In this document: piece after piece, positions 25,048 to 33,496 of the stretch
Layout: every line of letters starts with the position of its first letter
Position numbering within the stretch: the first letter of the stretch is position 1
Assembly (NCBI GenBank): GCA_028713495.1
Contig: JAQTOF010000002.1
Span: 1 to 46,718, forward strand
Source of the DNA: Candidatus Iainarchaeum sp.
GTDB lineage: Archaea; Micrarchaeota; Micrarchaeia; Anstonellales; Bilamarchaeaceae
Length of the DNA stretch: 46,718 nucleotides
Direction: 5' to 3'
Program-made: the position numbers and the translations under genes
The notes under the pieces: model-generated
The model's database searches: none
Told to the model about the DNA's origin: nothing
What the model saw: the letters and a program-made list of their open reading frames with translations, nothing else

Positions 25048-25526
25048 CACTTCTTCTCCTCGTGCTTATGCTCGTGTTTGTGCTCATGGCCGTGCTCTTC
25101 ATGGCCGTGTCCCTCATGCTTGTGTTCGTGTCCATGCTCGTGCTTCTGCTCTTCCTGGGACATCTGCTGCATGAAGCTGAACATGAACCTCGCGCCCTCG
25201 AAGAACGACGCCCTCGACAGGTCCTGCCTGGACATCTCCTTCAGCTTCTTCTTCTCAGAATCCCAGAGCTGGACGAACGCCCTCTCGGTGGTCTCGTTCA
25301 GGAACCGCTCGAAATTCTCCTGCATCTTCTCAGGAGGGATGCAGATGTGGGTCCTGTCCCTGATGTTCTCAGGCAGCTGGCCAGCCATCTTCTGATAGCA
25401 GTCATAGCAGATATGCTCAGAGCCTGCCGCAGAGGCCGGCTCCACCATGCATCTCTCGCAGGTGGTGTCATTACCGCAGAAACTGCATTTCACTTCATGT
25501 CCGTGCTCTTCTTTTTTGCCTTCCAT
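25047..25526 (-). CDS. Zinc-ribbon-like protein with a His-rich C-terminal tail, nested between carA and carB.
   Basis: In the ORF track. Three CxxC pairs (CSFC, CERC, CYDC) lie in the first 45 aa. The tail is HEHGHEHKHEGHGHEEHGHEHKHEHKHEEKK. It sits 4 nt after the carA stop and overlaps the carB start by 1 nt. Confidence 0.7.
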   Translation of the reverse strand: MEGKKEEHGHEVKCSFCGNDTTCERCMVEPASAAGSEHICYDCYQKMAGQLPENIRDRTHICIPPEKMQENFERFLNETTERAFVQLWDSEKKKLKEMSRQDLSRASFFEGARFMFSFMQQMSQEEQKHEHGHEHKHEGHGHEEHGHEHKHEHKHEEKK

Positions 25527-25530
25527 CCAA

Positions 25531-26607
25531 TCACATCATCTTCACGAATTCATCGAACAGGAATCTTGTGTCGTGCGGGCCCGGGGATGCCTCAGGGTGG
25601 TACTGCACCGAGAATATGCCCTTAGCGTCATTGCGCATGCCCTCCACGCTAGTATCATTGGCATTGACCTGGGTGAGCTCAAAGCCTTCTGGTATCTTCC
25701 CTACAGCGAAGCCATGGTTCTGCGTCGTCACGAAGCTCCTGCCGGACTTCACATCCAGGACAGCATGGTTGGAGCCCCTGTGCCCAAACTTCAGCTTGTA
25801 GGTGTCGCCTCCGAATGCATGGCCGATGAGCTGATGCCCGAGGCAGATACCGAACATGGGCTTGTATCCGCCCAAAGCGCGTATGATGCTGTGTGCATCC
25901 TTCAATATCGCTGGATCGCCAGGGCCGTTGGACAGCAGGATGCCATCCGGCCCGACTGCCTTGACTTCTTCTGCGGTGCTGTGGCACGGCAGGAGATGGA
26001 CCTCGCAGCCTCTTGCCACAAGCTCGCGGACGATGCCCATCTTGGCACCGTAATCGATCATTGCGACGCGTTTCTTCCCGCCTTCCCCGAAAACGCGGAC
26101 GTGTTTGGTGGAGGCGAGCGAGACGAAATCTGTTTTCGAGTAGTTGAAGCTGTCTGGGCTGGCGAGTTTGGCTAGAAGTTTCTTTGGGTCTATAGCGCTA
26201 TCGTTTTTGGATGCCGCTATGATGGCTGGCATCACTCCTTTTTCCCTGATATGCCTGACCAGGAAACGAGTATCTATACCATGGATTCCTGGTATGCCGT
26301 GCTCCTTCAGGAACGAATCTGCTGTGAGGCCGGAATCCCTGTGCTCTGCGTCGGCGCTCAGTTCCCTGACGACAAAACCGCGGGCGTGGATAAGGCCGCT
26401 TTCGTGGTCTGTGGGATTGATGCCGTAGTTGCCGATGAGAGGATATGTCATGAGCAGTATCTGGCCGCCATAGCTCGGGTCGGTGAGGGCCTCCTGATAT
26501 CCCATCATGGACGTATTGAAGACGAGCTCGCCGACCTGCTCGGCTTCGGCTCCGAAACCTAGGCCATGTAGGATTGTTCCGTCACCTAGGGCGAGCACTG
26601 CTTTCAT
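25531..26607 (-). CDS. carA: Carbamoyl-phosphate synthase small (glutaminase) subunit.
   Basis: The ORF track gives 25531..26679. ATG 26607 is preferred because it is preceded by AGGTGG and does not overlap argF. MKAVLALGDGT..., the GATase triad context GICLGHQL and QYHPEASPGPHD. Confidence 0.95.
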   Translation of the reverse strand: MKAVLALGDGTILHGLGFGAEAEQVGELVFNTSMMGYQEALTDPSYGGQILLMTYPLIGNYGINPTDHESGLIHARGFVVRELSADAEHRDSGLTADSFLKEHGIPGIHGIDTRFLVRHIREKGVMPAIIAASKNDSAIDPKKLLAKLASPDSFNYSKTDFVSLASTKHVRVFGEGGKKRVAMIDYGAKMGIVRELVARGCEVHLLPCHSTAEEVKAVGPDGILLSNGPGDPAILKDAHSIIRALGGYKPMFGICLGHQLIGHAFGGDTYKLKFGHRGSNHAVLDVKSGRSFVTTQNHGFAVGKIPEGFELTQVNANDTSVEGMRNDAKGIFSVQYHPEASPGPHDTRFLFDEFVKMM

Positions 26608-26633
26608 GTTTTCCACCTGTCCTGAGGAGATCC

Positions 26634-27554
26634 TTAGGACTTTCCTGTGAGCTTTATCAGGAGGGCCATCTGAGCCCACATCCTGTTCTCTGCCTGGTCA
26701 AAGGCCAATGAACGCTGGCTGCGCAGGGCGTATTCATCGATTTCGTATCCGATATGGGCAGGCATGTCATGCATCGAGAACGCCTGGGGCCCTGCCTTCT
26801 CCAGCAATGCCTTGTTGAGCTGGTACGGCATGAGGGTCTTCTCCCTACGCTTCTTCTCAGACTCGAATTTCGGGTCAGTGAAGAATTCCATGTTCACCCA
26901 CGTGTCCGTGTATAATATGTCCGCACCTTTCACTGCCTTGTCTATGTTGGATTCCTCATGATAGTTCTGCATGGCCCTGAGGCCCTTGAGCTGCTCCTCG
27001 TCAAGGCTGTCGGGATCCCTTTCCGGAGTGCAGAGCGTGAAATCCGCGCCGGTCCTGGCGCAGGCCACTGAAAGCGAATTGCTGACGTTGTTGGCGATGC
27101 CCAGATATACTACTTTAGTGCCCTTGAGCTTGCCTTTCTTCTCCTTTATGGTCATCGCATCAGCCAAAGCCTGGCAGGGGTGGTATTTCTCGCACAGGCC
27201 GTTTATCACAGGCACCCGCGAGGCTTTGCCGAACTCTGCCACGGTAACGTGCTTCAACGGTCTTACCATGATGGCGTCTGCATAGCGCGAGATGACTTTC
27301 GCCTCGTCCTGCACGCCACCTATGGCCAGCTGGGTGGTCCGCCAGTCTATGAATATCCCATGGCCGCCGAGCTTGGTCATACCGGTCTCAAAAGACAGCC
27401 TCGTGCGTGTGGAGCTCTTCTGGAAGACCATTGCCAATGTCTTATGCTTGAGAGCTTCTGTGTATTTCTCAGGGTGCTTCTTGATGTCAAGCCCCAGATC
27501 CACCACGGATTCGATCCATTTCCCGTCGTATTCCTTCAGTGACAGCACATTCAT
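26634..27554 (-). CDS. argF: Ornithine carbamoyltransferase-family transcarbamylase with non-canonical second-substrate motifs.
   Basis: In the ORF track. STRTR, HPCQALAD and the C-terminal DQAENRMWAQ are present and OTC-like. DTWVNME replaces DxxxSMG, and HDMP replaces HCLP. Confidence 0.8.
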   Translation of the reverse strand: MNVLSLKEYDGKWIESVVDLGLDIKKHPEKYTEALKHKTLAMVFQKSSTRTRLSFETGMTKLGGHGIFIDWRTTQLAIGGVQDEAKVISRYADAIMVRPLKHVTVAEFGKASRVPVINGLCEKYHPCQALADAMTIKEKKGKLKGTKVVYLGIANNVSNSLSVACARTGADFTLCTPERDPDSLDEEQLKGLRAMQNYHEESNIDKAVKGADILYTDTWVNMEFFTDPKFESEKKRREKTLMPYQLNKALLEKAGPQAFSMHDMPAHIGYEIDEYALRSQRSLAFDQAENRMWAQMALLIKLTGKS

Positions 27555-27635
27555 CGCTACCGCCTCTATGTTAGTCGTTAGAACTAGGAAGACCTATCCC
27601 AACGATTATTTATAACTGTTTGCACTGGAGGCTGT

Positions 27636-27676
27636 GAAAACAAGGAAAAATAGGGAAAATAAGAAAGAAAAAAGAG
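27636..27676 (-). terminator. Oligo-T/pyrimidine-rich terminator after 27677..31594.
   Basis: The minus strand reads ctcttttttctttcttattttccctatttttccttgtttt directly after the TAA. A TATA-like gttataaataat (27606-27616) for the argF-like/carA/carB operon follows. Confidence 0.5.
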
Positions 27677-30600
27677 TTACTTCTTGCCCTTCTTCTCTGG
27701 CGGCTTGGCCTTCTTGCCACCCTGGCTTCTCCAGTAGAGCACTGCGAGGATTATCAGGGCCAGCAGCAACAGCAGGAACAGCAATGTGGTCCCTGCATCA
27801 GGAGCCGCTGTCGGCTTCTCGGGCTCGACCGGAGCGCTCTTGGGGAAAGCCTTGACTTCTATGGTCTTTATCGGCTGGCCATCCTTGAACAGGGTCACGG
27901 TGTAGGTGCCCTCAATGCCAAGCGGGACCTGGAAGTTGCCGTCCTCGTCGCTCTTGCCACTGGATGTCTTGCCAGCCGGGTCAGTGATCTGGTAGTCGCA
28001 GCTCACACATGGCTGTTCTCCGTCCCTGGCAGTGCAGGTCGTCGCCTCTCCGACCACGCCTGTGGTCGGGCAGGTCACATCGCCGCTCTTGCACTCACGG
28101 TTGACACAGGATTCACCCTGTGGGCAGCCTGGGCATCCTGTCTCGGAGCCGCATGCGTATGATACCCATACGTGGTTGTCTGCATAGCCGCACTGGCCAG
28201 GCACATTCTCGCAGGTGCCTCCAGCAGCACCGGCCGCTATGGCGCAGTATTCTGTGCCTTTGCAGTCAGCGTCGGTAACGCACTCGGGCTGTTCTGGCTT
28301 GGTGCAGGTGTGGTCCACGCACGTCTCGCCCTGTGCGCAGTCTGAGTCAGCGCAGCAGTCATATGCGCACATGCATTGGCTGTTTTCGCACTGCTGGTCT
28401 GTACCGCAGGCAGGCGTGCATTCCGGTTCACCGATGCATTGGCCATCGATGCACTGTTGGCCCGCTGTGCATTCAGGCACGCAGCCGGTCGGAACACAGT
28501 CGCAGGAATCCAGCATGGTGCTGCTCATCTCACCGGCATCATAACCGCCAGCGTTGGCTGTTATATATACTGCCTGGCCGCAGTCTTCGAAGGTGAACTG
28601 GCCAGCCGCATCGGCATAGCCAGCATCCACGATCGATCCTGCTGCGTTTATCACCGTTACATGGGCGCCGGCCACAGGTCCGTGTTCTCCTGTGACAGTC
28701 ACCGTATTCTCATTGCAGTTGCTATCGAGGCTTATGTGTAGCCTGGGCTCTCCGCCATCCTCCCCGCACTGCAGAGGCGCAGCGAAGAGGCCGTATATGC
28801 CCATGGCGGGGCTGTCCATGAAGGGCAGTATGGCAGGAGGGATCTGCCAGTATGGGGTCAGCTCCTGGACGCTTATCGTGTCGTCGCCCCAGGTCTGGTC
28901 TTCGAGATACGTCCAGTTGCCGGAGACGTTTATGTAGTACGTATCACCCGGCTCGGGTTCATCGCTTGTATTGACTTCTGAGCCCTGGAGATAGTAAAGT
29001 GCTATGCTCTCGCCGTCATAACACTCCGAAGGCGTCCACCATGCTGCGAATTCGTCAAGTACTGCGGCGGGTGGAGCCGAGAGGGCGTCATCTGCATAAT
29101 TGCTGACCAGCATGAGGTACTGGTTCTGGTAGGATGACAAGCCTTCGGGGTTCTTCCAGTCGAACTTTATGTCGACATTGTAGGTGTCGCAGAAGTCACA
29201 CCAGCCGTTTTCGTTCACATCCAAGCATTCTCTCGCCCCAAAGAGGTCTTCAGGAGGGAATTGGTACCAGTCGCAGATAGAATCACTGCCTGCGGTCTTT
29301 ACCCCGCCTACCCATTTGTACATATCATCGCAGGTCATATCCTGGTAATCCTTGCATTTCTGAGCTTCTGGATCGCAGTCCGTGCTGGTGCACTCATGGC
29401 CGCCCAGGTAATCCTGGTATTGCAGTCTCTGGATGGTCGGTATGTTGGTATCGCTCAGCAAGAACGATTCGCCGTTGGCTATGTCGTTATCCTGCAATGA
29501 AATCGTCATACCGTTCTGTGAGCCGATTTTGGTATGGTTCATCTGCCAGAGTGCAGTCGGAGCAGTGAAGGTGCCTGGGAAGAACAGGTCTAGGAGTTCA
29601 GACACGAGGGACGTCCCCTGGAGATACTCGGTCCAGAGCACTCCTTCAGGCCCGTGGTGTGCCAGAATGTTTGCGATGGTTTGCCACTGCGAAGCCGCAA
29701 AACCACCACTGAGAAGATTGAACAGCTCAGTTGCATCTTTCCCGTTATCATATATCATCGAATCCGTCACATTGGCGCCTTGTTTAGATGCGTCTATGAC
29801 TCCGAATATCCTGTTCTCGAATATGTATGAGTTGATTATCTGCGGTGTGGTAGGTGAGCCAGGCGTCACAATCACGGTCTCGAAGCCGCTCGAGAATCCT
29901 GGTGGAGGGGGCGGGGGAGGTGGAGGGGACTCTGAGCCCTGGCCAAGCAGCGCAATACCGTAGGCGTTGTTGTATATCCGGACGTTATTGTACGTATTCG
30001 CATAGGATATCGCAGAGAATGCACGCGCGGTAGTGTAATCCAATACGCCGAAGCCGAGCGGGATATCGCTCCAATCGAAGGACCTGACGCCCTTGCCGCC
30101 ATCGAAACCGAACATGCCGACCAGTTCCGAGAGGTTCCCGTAGTTATTATAGGATGAAAGATCCTTGAGGACGGTGCCGCCCGAACCAGCGAGCATATAG
30201 CCTGCGACAAGGTTGTTGTACGCGCTTCCGCGGGTTATGTTGCTCTGTATGCTGTCGTAGAGCCAGAAACCGACCGCATTATCGTGCGACACTGAGTCTG
30301 TTATCGTAGTGCGCGGGCTCCCTATGATCACCGCGCCATTGTTACCCAACGTGTCAGAGCCATCCACAGTCACCCTGTCGAGGACCGAGTCTGACGCATT
30401 GCACAGGATGATACCGGAATAGGTTCCGACCGGAACGGTCGTGGTGCTGTTAGCGAAATATATCGGACGACCGCCAGAACCGATCGTGCGCTCTATCGAG
30501 TTCTGGCAGACTAGCGGATCGAATTGCGCTGTGAAGATTCCGAAAGGACCGCCTTCCCAGATGTTCTGGCCGCCGACGAACAGGTCGGCGAACAGGTTCT

Positions 30601-31594
30601 CCTGGGCCGTGTTGTCCGTCAGGACGTTGTTATAGCTCTGGACATTTATGCCGATCAGGTTGTAGTTGGCCTTGTTGTTGGAGAAATTGATGCGTGAATC
30701 TGCGAGCTCGCTGCCCAAGTAGAATCCGTTGCCGTTATTGTGTTCGGCGATGTTGTCGGTCACGTAAGTGGTCGGGTCTATGGCAGCGCCGCCATATGCT
30801 GTGCGTGCGCCTATTACGATGATGATGCCCGGACGTGTAATTGTGAAACCTGCATGGTTCGGGCCCTGGAGCGAATTGTAGCGGGCGGTGTTGTTGGTTA
30901 CATTGTTGGCTACGCCGTTTATGACAAAGCCTGAAGAGGAGCAGTTGTATGCTGTGTTCTCCTTGAAGAGCATGAAGCTGGCATCATTGGTCTCGTAACC
31001 GGTCTGGTCGCTGAACTGCGCGTTGTTCCCGGTCACGTTGACCTCGCTAACACCGGTAGTGAAGTAGAAACCGCTCTTTGAGACTCCGTTGACATCGTTG
31101 CCTGAAACCGTGCTGACCGAGCCAGCGAAGAAAATGCCCATGTTGTAATTGGTCACAGAACCGTAACCTATCCGGTTATTGCTGATATTGCCGTTCTTGC
31201 CACCGAAAGAGATGGCGGTGGTGTCGGAGGTAGAGGTCCCTTCAGGGATGGAGATATTGTTGTTCGTTATAGCCACGAACTTGTTTTTACCGACAGAGAT
31301 GCCGATTTCGAAATTGTACAGCTTGCAGTTCTTCACTGTTATGTTGTCATAGCCATCTTCTAAGAGAATGGCGGTATTGTAATCCGTGCTGTTGGAGTCG
31401 TTTATGTAAAAGCCCTGGCAGTCGAACACCACATCAGAGCTGTTGATGTAGATACAATCAGGGTCGGCTCCGATGTCGACGATATTGCCGGGAAGAGTGA
31501 CTGTGCCCGGAGCATTTATGTCCGTGCAGCCAGCCGCCGCGAATCCAAATCCACCCAAAAGAACCGCCACGAGCAGCAAGATGTAGAATTTCAT
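27677..31594 (-). CDS. Large secreted mosaic surface protein: parallel beta-helix repeats, poly-Pro hinge, Cys-rich modules, beta-sandwich, C-terminal TM anchor.
   Basis: In the ORF track (1305 aa). The signal/lipobox-like N-terminus ends in FAAAGC. The cap SSDVVFDCQGFYI is paralogous to the giant ORF. It has beta-helix rungs, SESPPPPPPPPPGF, a C-terminal ~230 aa with dense Cys spacing, a carboxypeptidase-regulatory-like segment (DEDGNFQVPLGIEGTYTVTL), a TM helix and a KKAKPPEKKGKK tail. Confidence 0.85.
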   Translation of the reverse strand: MKFYILLLVAVLLGGFGFAAAGCTDINAPGTVTLPGNIVDIGADPDCIYINSSDVVFDCQGFYINDSNSTDYNTAILLEDGYDNITVKNCKLYNFEIGISVGKNKFVAITNNNISIPEGTSTSDTTAISFGGKNGNISNNRIGYGSVTNYNMGIFFAGSVSTVSGNDVNGVSKSGFYFTTGVSEVNVTGNNAQFSDQTGYETNDASFMLFKENTAYNCSSSGFVINGVANNVTNNTARYNSLQGPNHAGFTITRPGIIIVIGARTAYGGAAIDPTTYVTDNIAEHNNGNGFYLGSELADSRINFSNNKANYNLIGINVQSYNNVLTDNTAQENLFADLFVGGQNIWEGGPFGIFTAQFDPLVCQNSIERTIGSGGRPIYFANSTTTVPVGTYSGIILCNASDSVLDRVTVDGSDTLGNNGAVIIGSPRTTITDSVSHDNAVGFWLYDSIQSNITRGSAYNNLVAGYMLAGSGGTVLKDLSSYNNYGNLSELVGMFGFDGGKGVRSFDWSDIPLGFGVLDYTTARAFSAISYANTYNNVRIYNNAYGIALLGQGSESPPPPPPPPPGFSSGFETVIVTPGSPTTPQIINSYIFENRIFGVIDASKQGANVTDSMIYDNGKDATELFNLLSGGFAASQWQTIANILAHHGPEGVLWTEYLQGTSLVSELLDLFFPGTFTAPTALWQMNHTKIGSQNGMTISLQDNDIANGESFLLSDTNIPTIQRLQYQDYLGGHECTSTDCDPEAQKCKDYQDMTCDDMYKWVGGVKTAGSDSICDWYQFPPEDLFGARECLDVNENGWCDFCDTYNVDIKFDWKNPEGLSSYQNQYLMLVSNYADDALSAPPAAVLDEFAAWWTPSECYDGESIALYYLQGSEVNTSDEPEPGDTYYINVSGNWTYLEDQTWGDDTISVQELTPYWQIPPAILPFMDSPAMGIYGLFAAPLQCGEDGGEPRLHISLDSNCNENTVTVTGEHGPVAGAHVTVINAAGSIVDAGYADAAGQFTFEDCGQAVYITANAGGYDAGEMSSTMLDSCDCVPTGCVPECTAGQQCIDGQCIGEPECTPACGTDQQCENSQCMCAYDCCADSDCAQGETCVDHTCTKPEQPECVTDADCKGTEYCAIAAGAAGGTCENVPGQCGYADNHVWVSYACGSETGCPGCPQGESCVNRECKSGDVTCPTTGVVGEATTCTARDGEQPCVSCDYQITDPAGKTSSGKSDEDGNFQVPLGIEGTYTVTLFKDGQPIKTIEVKAFPKSAPVEPEKPTAAPDAGTTLLFLLLLLALIILAVLYWRSQGGKKAKPPEKKGKK

Positions 31595-31617
31595 GGTGGA
31601 TAGTTAGCCATCTGAGG

Positions 31618-31681
31618 TTTAAAAATATTGGGGTGGCGCCCTGCGGCCTTGGATTGCCGTAGGGAAGGAGCGGTTATAAAA
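31618..31681. promoter_or_regulatory. Bidirectional promoter region between the two divergent Cys-rich surface protein genes.
   Basis: tttaaaaatatt (31618-31629) lies ~29 nt from the minus-strand ATG 31594. ttataaaa (31674-31681) lies ~33 nt from the plus-strand ATG 31711. This spacing is typical for archaeal TATA boxes with (near-)leaderless mRNAs. Confidence 0.45.
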
Positions 31682-31710
31682 CTATTCTGCGGAGCTCAAG
31701 CGGTGCTAAT

Positions 31711-33393
31711 ATGGCGGATATAGCCGAAAAGGCGATGGATCTGCCCGCGAAAGCGGGATGTATTAAGGAATTTTTTCTTGGTCTGCTCTTAGGTGGCTTT
31801 GTGCTTTTCCTGCTGTTCTTCTTCGCTGGCCAGCAGTGCGGCACATGCACTGGCACGGACAACGTGAAAGAGTTTTTCAGCAATCAGAGCTCTTCCAGCA
31901 GTACGACCACGATCATAAGGGGAAGCGACGGCCAACTGCTGGCGCTCCGCCCTGACAGCCCTGGCGAGAGGACGACTTACACAGACAATGGAGGGAAAAC
32001 CAAGGATGTCATATGTTACACCGCGCTATACTGCGTCGAGGAGTGCCCAAACTGCACCAAGACCTGCGATGGTGAATGCGTCCAGGAGAACGCGAGATGC
32101 GGCTATGGCACAGGCACCCTCACAGCGCTGGTGCCCAACCAATCTGTCTTCTATGGAAACTGCTGCGAAGACATGGCATGCCTGGATGGTTATTGTAAGA
32201 GGAACCAGTGCGTAGAGGATGGGAACCTCTGTGGTGGCGGACCGACCGGAAATTACAATATGGTCGCCAACAACCCGGCTTATTACGGCGAATGCTGCGG
32301 CAACTCGCAGTGCATAGACGGCTACTGCACACCGCCTGAGCAGGAATGCATGCCCGAGGGAGAGACCTGCGGATATGGACATATGACTATCACAGCGCTG
32401 GTGCCTGCGAACGCCACGTTCCTGGGAACCTGCTGCGGTGACCTGGCATGCATAAACGGCCAGTGCACTGAAAGGACAGAATGCAGCGACAGAGGAGATT
32501 TCTGCGGTTATGGACCGACCACATACAGCAACTACCAGACGCCGACGTATTACGGCGAGTGCTGCGGGGATTACCAATGCCTGAACGGCTACTGCACCCC
32601 ATCCACGCAGACCTGTGTCAAGACAGGCGGGACCTGCGGCTATGGACAGTACACCACGGTTGGCACCCCCAACGCTAACTACTATGGCACCTGCTGCGAA
32701 GGCGACTCCTGCATAGACGGCAGATGCACGCCTGAGACCGGCTGCAGCGGACAGGGAGAGACCTGCGCGGTCGGACAGATAAACTGCTGCGACGGGTTCA
32801 TGTGCTCTGATGGCATATGCGTGACGCAATGCATGGACACGGGCGAGAAGTGCAGCTACGACAATGACTGCTGCGAAGGCTACTGCAGCGACGGCGTATG
32901 CACCACCCAGTGCATAGAAGCGGTTGGCGCGTCCTGTTGGCCAGGCGTGAGGGAGTGCTGCCAAGGCATGACCTGCAGTAACGGCAGATGCACAGAACCG
33001 TGCAAGAAGACCGGCGCTACGTGCAGCGCAGATAGTGAATGCTGCGACAACTATTACTGCAACGACGGCTATTGCGCTGAAGAGCAGAGCTGTCAGACTT
33101 CTGGCTCCTGCTCTAGCAGCTCGGACTGCTGCAAAGGATATTACTGCAGCGACAACGGATACTGCGCACCTGAGACAGGACCCAGCGGCTGCACGGACAG
33201 CGACGGCTCAGACTACTACAATGCCGGATATGTGACCGGCTACTTTGACGCCGTCTATGGCACCTATGACGACTACTGCGCGGATGATTCGCATGTGGTG
33301 GAATATACATGCTCAGCCACCTCGAACGAGGTAGTCGCCCAGCAGATAAGCTGCCCGGCCGGATGTTCTGCTGGCGCCTGCTACATGCCATAG
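31711..33393 (+). CDS. Membrane-anchored protein carrying ten tandem six-cysteine (C-C-CC-C-C, knottin-framework) modules.
   Basis: In the ORF track (560 aa). N-terminal TM helix (FFLGLLLGGFVLFLLFFFAG). There are five ~44-aa modules and five ~28-33-aa modules with invariant Cys spacing. The C-terminal 67-aa motif is CTDSDG..DYY..G...G......Y.DYC......EY.C. Confidence 0.85.
   Translation: MADIAEKAMDLPAKAGCIKEFFLGLLLGGFVLFLLFFFAGQQCGTCTGTDNVKEFFSNQSSSSSTTTIIRGSDGQLLALRPDSPGERTTYTDNGGKTKDVICYTALYCVEECPNCTKTCDGECVQENARCGYGTGTLTALVPNQSVFYGNCCEDMACLDGYCKRNQCVEDGNLCGGGPTGNYNMVANNPAYYGECCGNSQCIDGYCTPPEQECMPEGETCGYGHMTITALVPANATFLGTCCGDLACINGQCTERTECSDRGDFCGYGPTTYSNYQTPTYYGECCGDYQCLNGYCTPSTQTCVKTGGTCGYGQYTTVGTPNANYYGTCCEGDSCIDGRCTPETGCSGQGETCAVGQINCCDGFMCSDGICVTQCMDTGEKCSYDNDCCEGYCSDGVCTTQCIEAVGASCWPGVRECCQGMTCSNGRCTEPCKKTGATCSADSECCDNYYCNDGYCAEEQSCQTSGSCSSSSDCCKGYYCSDNGYCAPETGPSGCTDSDGSDYYNAGYVTGYFDAVYGTYDDYCADDSHVVEYTCSATSNEVVAQQISCPAGCSAGACYMP
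32077..33189 (+). repeat. Tandem array of ten six-cysteine modules (protein residues 123-493 of 31711..33393).
   Basis: Five long units have C-x6-C-x18/20-CC-x4-C-x4-C (residues 123-344). Five short units have C-x5/7-C-x5/6-CC-x3/4-C-x4/5-C (residues 345-493). I counted these residue by residue from the translation. Confidence 0.85.
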
Positions 33394-33395
33394 GT

Positions 33396-33422
33396 CTTTT
33401 ATTTTTCTTTTATTATTCTTTC
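33396..33422 (+). terminator. Oligo-T terminator after the knottin-array gene.
   Basis: cttttatttttcttttattattctttc directly follows the TAG stop (33391-33393). Confidence 0.5.
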
Positions 33423-33496
33423 ACGGCGGACAGCTCGAGACATTTAAATATGTTTGTAATCAATATCCATCCTGCAACTTCTATAGAGGTATAATC

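Noticed and set aside
29899-29931. G-rich run (ggtggagggggcgggggaggtggagggg) as a G-quadruplex or regulatory element.
   Set aside because: It is simply the complement of nine consecutive proline codons in 27677..31594. There are only three runs of G3 or longer, so a stable G4 is doubtful.
32026-32964. 312-aa minus-strand ORF inside the knottin-array gene.
   Set aside because: It is Ala/Arg/Val-rich nonsense produced by the reverse complement of TGC/GGC-rich codons. The plus-strand frame has perfectly periodic Cys spacing, a TM helix, a promoter and a terminator.
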